Source of the DNA: Epithemia pelagica
Lineage: Eukaryota; Protista; Bacillariophyta
NCBI GenBank assembly: GCA_946965045.2
Contig: OX337236.1
Location: forward strand, 1,426,001-1,490,000
Length of the DNA stretch: 64,000 bases
Reading direction: 5' to 3'
The notes beneath the pieces were generated by a model. The model worked only from the letters and a program-made list of their open reading frames with translations, was not told where the DNA came from and did no database searches. A program made the translations under genes and the position numbers. This document shows, one piece after another, positions 42,875-53,500 of the stretch; the first letter of the stretch is position 1, and each line of letters opens with the position of its first letter.

Positions 42875-45709
42875 ATGGCCACGGTCGCGACGGCTCCCTC
42901 GGCGGTGTCAGAATCAAACGTAGCCACTCTAACAGGAGAAAATGGATCTTCGATTAGCAAGGAAAGAGCTGGGAATGAGAAACATCATCAACAAACTCAC
43001 AACTTAAGCCAGCTTGAGTTCTACACAATGCTGGTCGAACGGTCCTTGAACGTGCAGTTGTTGGACAATGCCTTGTGGATTGCAGAACGATGTGCCGCCG
43101 AATATCCTTCAAGTCCTCAGGCTATCTATCAGCTGGCATTGTGTCATTATCGCTGTGGAAACTTCAAAGCAGCACGACATGCCCTGGAACATCGCATTTA
43201 CACCGGGCTGGACGACGACGGAAATGGCAGTCATTACAGCATTGGCCGCAAAATGGATTATTTGGAAGCTCTTTGTTGTTATGAACTCAAAGATTACAAC
43301 TATGCGGAAGAATGTCTTTTGCGCAAAACTCGTTCAAAGTTCAGAGAACTGCAAAGCATCAACAACAATGCTCACATCTCCTCCTTTGACGATTGGACAA
43401 TGTACACACTTACACCCTCGAATCCGCTTATTCCCATGGGAGCAGCAGGCTTTTGCTTGCTTGGAAAAATATTACTGAGTTCCAACCGCAAAAAGCGAGC
43501 CATTCGATACTTTCGAGTGTCATTGCAACTCGATCCCTTTTTGTGGACCAGTATTGAAGCTTTGGCCCAATTGGGAGCCTACACAAACTCTGACAGCAAC
43601 AGGGACAACACCACAACCACATCCGCACCCTCTCAAACTTCTGGTGCAACAAGGACTCGTCCCACCCAGAAAACAACATCAAAGAACACTAAGGATCAGT
43701 TGGAAACGGACAACGACGAGAACCAAGAAAATGATCGTATTATTCACAAAGGTCCCTCGCAAGCTGAGGAGGATGATACTCTTCCACCCTTTCAATTGTC
43801 GAGAAAATCTATTGATGGACCTAGCAGCATTCTAATGGATGGTGCGGGTGGAACTCGCTTGTTTGGAGCTGAAACGCCCTCGGCATCCTTTACCCCAATG
43901 GTGGTTGCCGGTGCAACAAACCACGAGGAAGAAATCGATCCCTCATCTTCCTTACTGCCTCACTTTAACTCGAACACCGGACGAGGTGAGAGAGACGATC
44001 CTATAAGACGCAACAGTCACAATGCGACCTTGACAATGCAAACACCGGGTTTAACGCCCATTGCTCCCACCAGCGTCTCTCGTGTGCACCTTCCTGGGAA
44101 TCATGCTCCGGAAACTCCTTATCCACCACCATCAGGAGGAGGAGCAGCAGCAGCAGCTGCTGGTGGCGATTGGAGCAACAATCGAAGTTCGTCTGCTATG
44201 GGTGCCTCTTCTTTTTCATTCCTTGCACCTCGTCAAACACACATTAACACCACAGCAAGAACATCAAGAGGGAACGAACACGATGCCATTACTCCTGAAC
44301 AGCATGATGATTATGATGGAGAAACCAGCAATGTACGCATGATGACTCTGCCTCCTCCAGAAACTCCGCGGGTTGGTGGGAGAAATAGCACTGTCGAGCA
44401 GCACGAATTCCCCATGACGAATTCCAGGGTCGACGAAAGTGACCATCACATTCGCAATCACATGTTCTCGTCGTCATCCATGGCTTGGAACGCTTCAGAA
44501 CAACAAATGCGACAGCAAAAGACGACGACAAGTACCGAAGACGAAAATTTCCACGAGAACCAGGATGAAAAGGGTCTCTCCAAAACGGTCCTCAAACAAA
44601 AGAAGAGGAAACCTGTTTTTGCGGACGCGTCCAATCCTGTCTCATCCACGACCGACAAGGATCAGACTTATACCAATAGTGAGGCAAATGCCATTGCCTT
44701 TGAGACAGTTCTTCGCTTGTTCCAGACAGCCGCTACATTTTATCAACAGGTTTGTCAGTATCGTTGCAAAGAGGCGTTGCAAACCCTGCGTCAATTTTCG
44801 AGACGACAGCAAGAGACCGGCTGGGTATTGCATCAACAAGGTAGGGCACATTTGGAAATGAACGAGTTCGCTGCCTCTCAGCGATGCTTGGAGCTGATGC
44901 AAGCAAAAGACCCCTGTCGTCTCGATGGTTTGGATCTCCTCTCCACAGTGTATTGGCATTTAAAGAAGGGTGTCGAACTATCGCACTTGTCGCAAAGGGT
45001 TGTTGCAGCCAATCGTCTCTCTCCAGTGACATGGTGCGTTGTGGGTAATTGCTTTTCGTTGCAAAAAGATCACGAAACAGCCCTTGTCTTTTTCCGACGG
45101 TCGTTGCAAATCGATCCCAACTGTACCTACATTCACACACTCTGTGGCTACGAATACATGGCAAATGAAGATTATGATAAAGCTATATCGTGCTTCCGAC
45201 AGGCGTTGAAGGTCAATGACCGACACTACAATGCGTGGTATGGCTTGGGTGCCATTTTCCATCGACAAGAAAAGTTCGATATGGCGGAATACCATTTTGA
45301 ACGTGCGATGCAACTTCATCCCACTAGTAGCATTTTGTTGTGCAATCTGGGTATTGCACAGTATGCCAATGGCAAAGCGTACCATGCCCTCGATACCTTG
45401 GCGCAAGCCTTTGCCCTTGATCCACAAAACCCTCAAGCCCGCTTTCAACGGGCGAGCATCTATGCCGCCTTGCACCGTCCAGCAGAGGCATTAGCGGAAT
45501 TGCTCAAGGTACGCGACTCCGCACCCCGAGAGGCCGCGGTCCATTTTGCCATGGGCAAAGTGTTGAAACGGCTTGGCCGACCACAAGAAGCTATAACGTC
45601 GTTCCTCACGGCCATGGATCTTGATCCAAAAGACAACCAAATCATAAAGTCTGCCATGGACAAGGTGGGGGAACCTGACGTGAGTGAAGAGTCCATGTCG
45701 ACATTCTAA
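42875..45709 (+). CDS. CDC27: Anaphase-promoting complex subunit CDC27/APC3
   Basis: N-terminal TPRs, long disordered linker, and C-terminal TPRs SPVTWCVVGNCFSLQKDHETAL, YIHTLCGYE and RHYNAWYGLG. ATG at 42875 preferred over the ORF-track start. Confidence 0.93.
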   Translation: MATVATAPSAVSESNVATLTGENGSSISKERAGNEKHHQQTHNLSQLEFYTMLVERSLNVQLLDNALWIAERCAAEYPSSPQAIYQLALCHYRCGNFKAARHALEHRIYTGLDDDGNGSHYSIGRKMDYLEALCCYELKDYNYAEECLLRKTRSKFRELQSINNNAHISSFDDWTMYTLTPSNPLIPMGAAGFCLLGKILLSSNRKKRAIRYFRVSLQLDPFLWTSIEALAQLGAYTNSDSNRDNTTTTSAPSQTSGATRTRPTQKTTSKNTKDQLETDNDENQENDRIIHKGPSQAEEDDTLPPFQLSRKSIDGPSSILMDGAGGTRLFGAETPSASFTPMVVAGATNHEEEIDPSSSLLPHFNSNTGRGERDDPIRRNSHNATLTMQTPGLTPIAPTSVSRVHLPGNHAPETPYPPPSGGGAAAAAAGGDWSNNRSSSAMGASSFSFLAPRQTHINTTARTSRGNEHDAITPEQHDDYDGETSNVRMMTLPPPETPRVGGRNSTVEQHEFPMTNSRVDESDHHIRNHMFSSSSMAWNASEQQMRQQKTTTSTEDENFHENQDEKGLSKTVLKQKKRKPVFADASNPVSSTTDKDQTYTNSEANAIAFETVLRLFQTAATFYQQVCQYRCKEALQTLRQFSRRQQETGWVLHQQGRAHLEMNEFAASQRCLELMQAKDPCRLDGLDLLSTVYWHLKKGVELSHLSQRVVAANRLSPVTWCVVGNCFSLQKDHETALVFFRRSLQIDPNCTYIHTLCGYEYMANEDYDKAISCFRQALKVNDRHYNAWYGLGAIFHRQEKFDMAEYHFERAMQLHPTSSILLCNLGIAQYANGKAYHALDTLAQAFALDPQNPQARFQRASIYAALHRPAEALAELLKVRDSAPREAAVHFAMGKVLKRLGRPQEAITSFLTAMDLDPKDNQIIKSAMDKVGEPDVSEESMSTF

Positions 45710-45929
45710 GCAACTCTAGAAATAAAGAATAGGTAGGAAGGAATTTTGACGCTCGTTGTTCGACCTTCTCCTATGAATATATAACGATGCTAGGTAGTCG
45801 TGCAATCGGAGTAAACCTTACTCCTAGGAGTTATTTGGCCCTATGTGGTGAGACCCCTGAAAGTGTCAGCAGACACTAGATTCTTGTTCCATTCAATAGA
45901 CAGCGAGGCTAGCATTTGCAATTATCTTA

Positions 45930-47087
45930 CTACTCTTGCATACTATCCACCGAGTAGGATCTTCGTTTGCGTTTTCCACTGGAAGGACATTCTCGGCTGA
46001 GCGGGGTCGCTTGTTGTTGTCCAAATCTGGCCTCCACCAAAAGACGGACAATATCCGCATTTCGCGCTTGACTGGCTGTCGTGAGAGCCTTCCATCCCTG
46101 GGCATCAAACACAGAAGCTCCGTTCACAAGCAGTAGCTTTACAATCTCCACGTTCTTGTTCTCGCAAGCCAAACTAAGGGCGTTATGTCCATCTTGATTC
46201 ACGTGGTGAATGCTGCCTTCTCCACTGAAACCATTGTTGTCGCGACCCGAACTGGCAACGTTGAAATAGTACATGTACTCAAACAGACGTTTGATCACGT
46301 CCACGCGATTCCACCGTAGTGCCTCTAGCAAGGGAGTGTTTCCCTTGTCATTGACGGCAAAGAGATTGGCGCCATTTTGCAACAAGACATCGACAACGGG
46401 CATGGCGTTGCGAGAGGCGGCTAGATTCACCAAGCTACGGCGACACGCAAAGTGCAAGGGGGTTTGACCCTCGGCAGCAATCAAGTTGACATTTGCCTGG
46501 TGTTGGACCAACAAGTACGTGGCCATGGGGGAATGATTGATACGGGCAGCCCAATGAATGGGAGCTAGACCAAGCGGTCCATATCCTTGATCAATCGGAA
46601 TGATACATGGATAAGTTTCAATCAAGTGTCGTGCAATATCCAAGTTTCCATTACATATGGCACACATATGAGGGGGGTTCCCATCTCGATCCAAATGGCT
46701 CAGAACCGAAGCAGGGGAAGTGTCCTCCCTCCCATGTTGGTCAACGTCGGTGGTTGGCGAAGCAGCCGCCAAATAAATGGCAACCTCGGATCGTCCCATA
46801 GCGCAAGCCACATGAAGAGGCGTATTAATATTAAGATCTTCCTTGTGAAAAAGATTGGCATGCCCTTGTTCAACGAGGCATTTGACCACATTCAAGTAGC
46901 CGTTCTGACTTGCGGCAAGCAAGGCCTCGTATAAGACCTTCGTGTTGGATTTATGTGTGCTTCGTTCCAATTCATGGATTCGCCGAGGGCGATCACGATG
47001 GTCTGGACTTTGGACATGAGCTTGGTTTTGCAACATGGACCGAATGAGATTCAAGTCTCCGTTCTTGGATGCTGTGACAAGGTTCAT
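45930..47087 (-). CDS. Ankyrin-repeat protein
   Basis: NTPLHVAC, GLAPIHWAA, GQTPLHFAC, GNTPLLEAL and GHNALSLAC. Confidence 0.88.
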   Translation of the reverse strand: MNLVTASKNGDLNLIRSMLQNQAHVQSPDHRDRPRRIHELERSTHKSNTKVLYEALLAASQNGYLNVVKCLVEQGHANLFHKEDLNINTPLHVACAMGRSEVAIYLAAASPTTDVDQHGREDTSPASVLSHLDRDGNPPHMCAICNGNLDIARHLIETYPCIIPIDQGYGPLGLAPIHWAARINHSPMATYLLVQHQANVNLIAAEGQTPLHFACRRSLVNLAASRNAMPVVDVLLQNGANLFAVNDKGNTPLLEALRWNRVDVIKRLFEYMYYFNVASSGRDNNGFSGEGSIHHVNQDGHNALSLACENKNVEIVKLLLVNGASVFDAQGWKALTTASQARNADIVRLLVEARFGQQQATPLSRECPSSGKRKRRSYSVDSMQE

Positions 47088-48118
47088 GGTCCCGCACGAG
47101 AGTGGAAGAGTAGGCGTTATGAATGATGAATTTGGGTGGAGAGTCGATAATCTCTTTTTGTTCCTAACAATTTGCAAGCTCATGGAAGTCGAACCCGCAT
47201 TACAACTAGGCTATGGTCGACTTTTTATCGTTGACTCTGTGCCGTTGGGTGTTGGGTGGTTACCATATAGATATCCGTAATCCGTATATCTACTTTGTGG
47301 CGGCATCATTGGACCAACGACCAACGGGATCAGTGTGTTCGAATCAAACGGAGTAGTATGAATCAAATTGTACTATTCGTCATTCGCGCCAAAATCCGGA
47401 TGGGACAATGCGCATGCTCTCGTACACAAGGCAAGGCCAGGTAACGAACTGTCCGAAGCAACAACTGTCAAAAGACCGCGCGTACCGAAGAATTCAAAAT
47501 CCCAACCAAAAACAAAAGACCGCGCGTGCCGACCAAACCAACAATCAGAATAAGGCAACACCAACAAAACTACCGGTAGGTAGACTATACGCAGACAACG
47601 GAGTGAACAGCCAGAACTAAGTTCGAAAGAGACATCTCTCCCCAACATCTTGCTTTCGTTTCTCGCTCGTTCATTCAAACCTTTCGCCGTAGTAATGCAG
47701 CTGAAATTCGAATGTACCGATTACCTATGACAGTTCTACACGCGTAACCGTTTGGTGTTGTGGGTCCCTTGGCGACAGTTGATGCTTAGAAGACCTCAAA
47801 GTCTAATCGTAATGGAGACATGATGAAGAGGTCCCGTACTCCACATAAATAAGATTGCCTCTAGTATGATTTCCCACCGAGCAGTAAAATTATCGCACCC
47901 AATCATGGGCCAACAGCGGATCGCTTTCTCCCCTCGATCTCGACGGAGTATCTGTTGCCTTGATTACCTGGCCGGCATTGAGAGTCGTCTCATTTACTAA
48001 GACGAAACCTGCATCCGATCCGGCACTAGGTTTGGTCACCACAAACACTTACAACTTTGTAGCGATGACGTATCGAGCGATGCCGTCAAATTGAGCGGTG
48101 GTAGGTAGTGCTGTTTTG

Positions 48119-50158
48119 TCAGTATGAGTAGTCTTGAATTTCAATAACGTCTGCATTTTGAATTGTGTCTTCAAAGCCCTCTTGGATCTCCTCGCACAAC
48201 TCTTCCCTTGTTTGTACAGACTCTTTTAGCTGACATGCAACTATCAGTGTCTGAATGCCAAAACCAAGCTCATACACTCGATGTGATCTACACCATTGGA
48301 TGACAGAGTCCTGGGCCCAATGGGAGTAAATCTTTGTTGCCAGCACATTCCAATCATCCGCTGGCTCGTACGTCTTTATTTCGATCAACACTTTTGACCA
48401 AAGGGGAGCATCCTCCTCCTCCTCCTCGTACTCTTTGGAATCATTCTCCATTGCTGTTTCCTGAAGACGATCAGAGACAACATCTTCTTGTTTCGAAGGT
48501 AAGAGTTTGTTAATTTGGTCCAAGGTATCTTTAATCGCGTCATTCACTCTTCGAACCAAGTCCGACTCTTCGCCACGACAAATAGTGTATTGTTGACCTG
48601 CTTGTTGCAGCAAATCGACAGCATCCTTGAGCAATCTAGTGTCCTGCATCATGGAATGCGCACACTCCTCCATAGCCCAGCCTTTGGTGACAAAGTACGA
48701 AGGGAACAGGACTTCCGACAATTGCACTAGACGCTGATATGTAGCGACAACGTAGTTGCTTTCTCCACGTTCCAGGGATTGCATACAGCTTTTCCATTCG
48801 CGAACCGAGTCGAGTCTTCCATCCTCCGTGGGCGACAAACAACGCGCACATTGACAACAAAAGAACTTGTATCTTGTCAACGACTCGTTGCGCTCAGCTG
48901 TTCCTTCTTCAAGGTTGGAGACATAGCTAATGCAACATTCTTGATTCATAGATATATGTTCCACAGCTCTGAAATCCAGTACAGCGTCACGATCGTTCCA
49001 GCCATGTGTGACGTTTTCGAGACAAGAATGATTGAACATACTTGGCATCCCAGGAAACAGTCCCACCGCACCGGAGCCAAGACCAATGGCATTGATGTTG
49101 ACTGATAGAAACAAATGAACAAGAGTTTGTACAGAGATATCATCGGATACCAATTTGTTCTCCAGCATCCATTCTGACAGACGCGTCGCTTGGTCTAAAA
49201 AAGAGTTTTCCTCGACAGCACTCTCTGTCTTGAAGTCATCTAGGTGATCTTGCAGGTCCATCATCTTCAACCACTCCGTACGATTATTTTCTTTCAATAG
49301 GACAGCTCTGTACACCAGCTGCGCCTTGAAGCATGGTACGCCAATGGCTGTACTTTGGTCCAAGAGACTCTGTAGATTGGAGCATTCCATTTCGTGCAAG
49401 CTTTTAAACTCGCGTTGGCAGGCACGAGAGCAATAGGACCAAACTTGGCACTTGGGACACATCAATGTTAACTCTCGAACAGTATCACGCGTGGTCTTTC
49501 GACCGCAGTGAAAACAGACAGAATCAGAAGCTAAATCGTAGACAGCCATACAATAAGGGCGTGTGGAAACGAGTATCTGACCAGGTTGTGCTGGCTCTTT
49601 ATTTTTCCACACAACGAATCTTCCACGAGAATCACCTTCGGTTGGAACAGAAACATGTAGGCTTCTGTCCTCCAAAGCCTTTCTCATCGCTCCAATATTC
49701 TTTTCAACGGAGTCCATCTCATCTTTCTTCTTGCTCCTGTTACTCTGAATTGCCGCTAAGACCTCTGGTCGTTGGTAGTATCCATATTTCCATCTCAGTG
49801 CTTCCATGAGCGTCCATTGGTGCCGTGAAACCAGGCCATGATTGTCTTGATCCGTCAAAGGCTTGAGTAAATTACGTCGTATCAAGGTCAACAGACGATA
49901 ATCAGGAACTTTGGGTAGTTTCCTCAAGAGCGGCTGCCAGCCTCGTACTTGCTCGAACACATCAAAGTCAGTTGGTTGCCAGTTATCCAGAGCAACATTG
50001 GACAAGACAGGATGGGTTCGGAAGCGTTGCCAAAGATCCTCGTCAATCGGATGCAAATCATAAAAGAATTCTTGTGGAGAAAATGTCCCTTCTACAATGG
50101 CACTGTGGTATCGATCGAACCATTCGTGTGCAGCTTCAGCCCAATCCGATGTATTCAT
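48119..50158 (-). CDS. SET/MYND (SMYD-like) lysine methyltransferase with a C-terminal EF1-beta-like domain
   Basis: Split SET (RGRFVV..GQILV...FNHSC..ECCISYV), MYND (CFHC..CPKC..YCSRACQ..H..EC), post-SET CQCARC; the C-terminal ~90 aa resemble the EF1B exchange domain. Confidence 0.85.
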   Translation of the reverse strand: MNTSDWAEAAHEWFDRYHSAIVEGTFSPQEFFYDLHPIDEDLWQRFRTHPVLSNVALDNWQPTDFDVFEQVRGWQPLLRKLPKVPDYRLLTLIRRNLLKPLTDQDNHGLVSRHQWTLMEALRWKYGYYQRPEVLAAIQSNRSKKKDEMDSVEKNIGAMRKALEDRSLHVSVPTEGDSRGRFVVWKNKEPAQPGQILVSTRPYCMAVYDLASDSVCFHCGRKTTRDTVRELTLMCPKCQVWSYCSRACQREFKSLHEMECSNLQSLLDQSTAIGVPCFKAQLVYRAVLLKENNRTEWLKMMDLQDHLDDFKTESAVEENSFLDQATRLSEWMLENKLVSDDISVQTLVHLFLSVNINAIGLGSGAVGLFPGMPSMFNHSCLENVTHGWNDRDAVLDFRAVEHISMNQECCISYVSNLEEGTAERNESLTRYKFFCCQCARCLSPTEDGRLDSVREWKSCMQSLERGESNYVVATYQRLVQLSEVLFPSYFVTKGWAMEECAHSMMQDTRLLKDAVDLLQQAGQQYTICRGEESDLVRRVNDAIKDTLDQINKLLPSKQEDVVSDRLQETAMENDSKEYEEEEEDAPLWSKVLIEIKTYEPADDWNVLATKIYSHWAQDSVIQWCRSHRVYELGFGIQTLIVACQLKESVQTREELCEEIQEGFEDTIQNADVIEIQDYSY

Positions 50159-50405
50159 AGCAACGCAGGGACACCAACCGCACGTCGATGTTCCGTGATC
50201 TGGGATATCTAAGATCCACAACACGCGACATTGGACATCAAAAGATGATCGTGTCGCTCATTGTACTCCCCCAAACGGTGTTGATTAGGGTTCAGGTTTC
50301 AGGTTAAAGTGGGGACTACTCTGGAATCATGATGTCTTGCTAGCAAGCACTTAGAGGTAGGTAATCGTCTATTCCTACTTCCTACTCCTAATGAATGTGA
50401 TTGAA

Positions 50406-50441
50406 ACCGCCAAGGCGGTAAAGGACGGCTGAGTTCAGTAT
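50406..50441 (-). other. Helentron 3' end: subterminal inverted repeat plus GC-rich stem-loop
   Basis: Element strand reads ATACTGAACTCAG-CCGTCCTTT-ACCGC CTTG GCGGT-TT. Confidence 0.8.
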
Positions 50442-50502
50442 CAGTAGTACAGTGGACAGGACTATTCTATTTATCCTTGGCAGCACTTACTAGAAATGAA
50501 AG

Positions 50503-53500
50503 TTAATTATGTCTTTCAACGAGCTGAACCGCGGGTGGCGGACGTTTAGTTGTCCGGAAATGTACATGAAACTCTTTACATTCAGCAGACATTCCACGAC
50601 ATTTGTCGGCTATAAGTGGTTTTGCAAGGAAAAGGCCTTTGAGCTGGCAAACTCTCGACAAACAAACATAGTTCCAATTGCCCGTGTAGTCCCAGTTCGA
50701 TATGTAAAGAAATTCGATTGATCTCCCTTGTAGCTTATGAACAGTCCTTGCATTGGACACATTGAGAGGAAGCTGCGTCATTTTCATCGTTTTCCTCACT
50801 CGTTTCATGCCGAACATGGGGAGTGGGAACTACACTTGTTGAGTAACAGTCTGAGGCTTCAAAAGAACAACATGGTTCTGGTTTCCATCAACCACTTTCA
50901 CCTTGATTCCCTCGATTTGAGTGACCTTAAGACTCCAAACATAATATCCATCAATCAATATTTTCTCCAAATCAGTTAATGTCACCCCTTGCTTAAGGAG
51001 AACGCCATTGAATTCACACATGGCTCCATTAGCAATACATGACTCAACGTCTTTGTTTTCATTGATACACAACGGTCTTCCATAATACAGTTTCAAAAGT
51101 GGATCATATCTCTTGTTGTCTCGTCCTTGCCAGTGACCCTCACCACAGGTGGCATACAGGATATCTTCACTTGCCTTGTTGAAATCAACATAGTCATTTC
51201 TTGTTCCCGCTTTTTTCCACTTCAAGTTGGACGCTTTGATACAGATTGTGTGCATGGGAGGGTCAACATTAGGATCTTTTGAATGGGTATTTTCCAGATG
51301 TTTAGCAAAAATGGCATCATTGATTGCTGCTCGATCAAGATTAGTTTTCGTTGCATAAACCACATTTGGAGGAATGTCTTTCTCTGTTGGTCCATGTTTA
51401 GATCCAACAACACGAGTATTGATTGTCGCCACATCACCATTGCTTGGTCCCTCATCTCGAAATGTCTCAAGAATTGTCCCCCATGGTGGATCAAGGCGAA
51501 ACCTGTGATTTGTCTTAAGTTCAAGGAATGTGTGTACCCAGTCATACCATTTCACGAAGTCCTTAAAAAGGAATAATGGTTGGGCTTTGACTGGTTTCAG
51601 TTGTGTGAAATCACCTGCAAAGACAAGAGCAATTCCACCAAAGGCTGCATCCGGCTGCAATATTTGTCGCAATTTGTGATCAAGAGTATCAACGACTTCT
51701 TTTGAGGCAAATGAAATTTCATCAACGATCAACAGATAAGCATTTTTCCATTGCTCTGGTTCCTTGGTAATTGCTCTGTTTAGTGCACAAGCCATAGCAG
51801 TTGTTTCTCCGTTTATCCCAACTGCTGCAGCACCTGTAAGAGCAGTAACGACAATAGTTCTCTTGTCATACCTGATGTGGAGGTTGTAGCACAAATTTTT
51901 GGCGTATTGTACAATTGTTTTGATAACGTGGCTTTTCCCAGACCCCCCTGCTCCTGATAGAAATGCAATGAATTGGTTTCCCCTGTTGACGTTTTGCAAT
52001 GTCTTTTGAATGTTGTCAAGTTTCCGTCGTTTCCGTGTAGGCATTGCTTCAGGATTTGTATTTGAATTTCGGTTTGCCTCATCATGCAAACACACTATAA
52101 AAGCAGAAATGATTGCTTCGAATGCATAGCGCTGATCCATATCGTCTCTGAAATGGTGGGCTGCATATTCGCGTATATTTTTCAATGTCCCAATCGCTTT
52201 GATATCTTGCTGTCCATCACCAGCTGTAATTCTCTCTGTCCGTGAAATTGCCAATTCATGAAGAGCTGCTTTGGTTACATGATGAGAAAAGGACGTTTCA
52301 GGGGTGGACTCAAGACCCACATGTGAAGCTGAGGTGTCTTCCAGGAGCTGTAGAACATTTCCTGTAAAGCCGTTGTCTTCATCTATAACAGGTGTAACAA
52401 TGTTTTGAATGCCACAGTTTGACGTTCCACATTTGCGAATGATACATGATGGAATCTGATAAATGTTGGTTGGCGACCTCAAGTCAAGTCCTTTCTCATT
52501 CATGTCATTGACCGTCTCAATAAGCTCCTCAAAGGCACTGTCAAAATCTTTGTGAAGAGCACTATCCTCATCATTTTCATTATCATATTTGTCATGGACA
52601 CAACAGTTGTCAGTTGGCTTTTGTGTTTCTTTTTCCAGAGGATCCACTGGTCTTCCAGAATTTAGACTGTTCCGACAATCTTGAATGTTAGCAAGAATTT
52701 GCCGATGCTCAGCTGTGATCATTCCACTCTGAAGTGCTGCTTGGAAACATTTAACAAATGAACCATCCTTTGTCAAATCTCCTGGAAAGGATCTGAATGA
52801 ATGGAACAAGATGTTTGCTTTTTTTGCATAAAGTTCCATGTAATGATGTTCCTCGTGCAAGATATCATCCGGCATTTCTTCTGTTTCAATGTTTCGATTC
52901 CCAAAATATTTGGTGTCAACAAAATCTTTGTAAGTCACAAGTGATATCTTTGTATGTTTTGCGGCTGTTACACCAAGATGGTCTTTTGAAGGGTGTTCCT
53001 TGATCCATTCCAAGCTTTTTGATGTTTTCCTGGTCACTGTGAAGTTGGACAGAAAATCATACGAACAAACATCTTCAAGTTCTTCTGGGCAGAACAAGTA
53101 ATTTGCAACATCTGACGTCAGAAAGGTGTTTCCATCAATCAAATCAAGGGACAAATCTTGCAAGGTTGCTTTTTCAAAATTTTTGAGATTCACATATGCA
53201 AAATCATGTGAATAACGAAACCTTGAGCCATTATTTTGCACCAAGTAAGAAGCCATCGGTGCACTGCATATATGTGCAGAAGTGGACAGCAACATTGCCC
53301 CAATTAATGCCCTCATTCCAGAAGTTTCACGGTCTTGCTCAACCGTCTCAATTTCTGTCGAATTGGTAGTCTGCTCAAGTTCAAGCAATCTTTCCCGCAT
53401 TTTTTGTATCATTTGTTTAGCTGCATTTGTAAACAGTGAACTGTCTTCTTCTTGAGTATTCTTAGAAATGTAACATGTCATATACATGACACTTCCTCCG

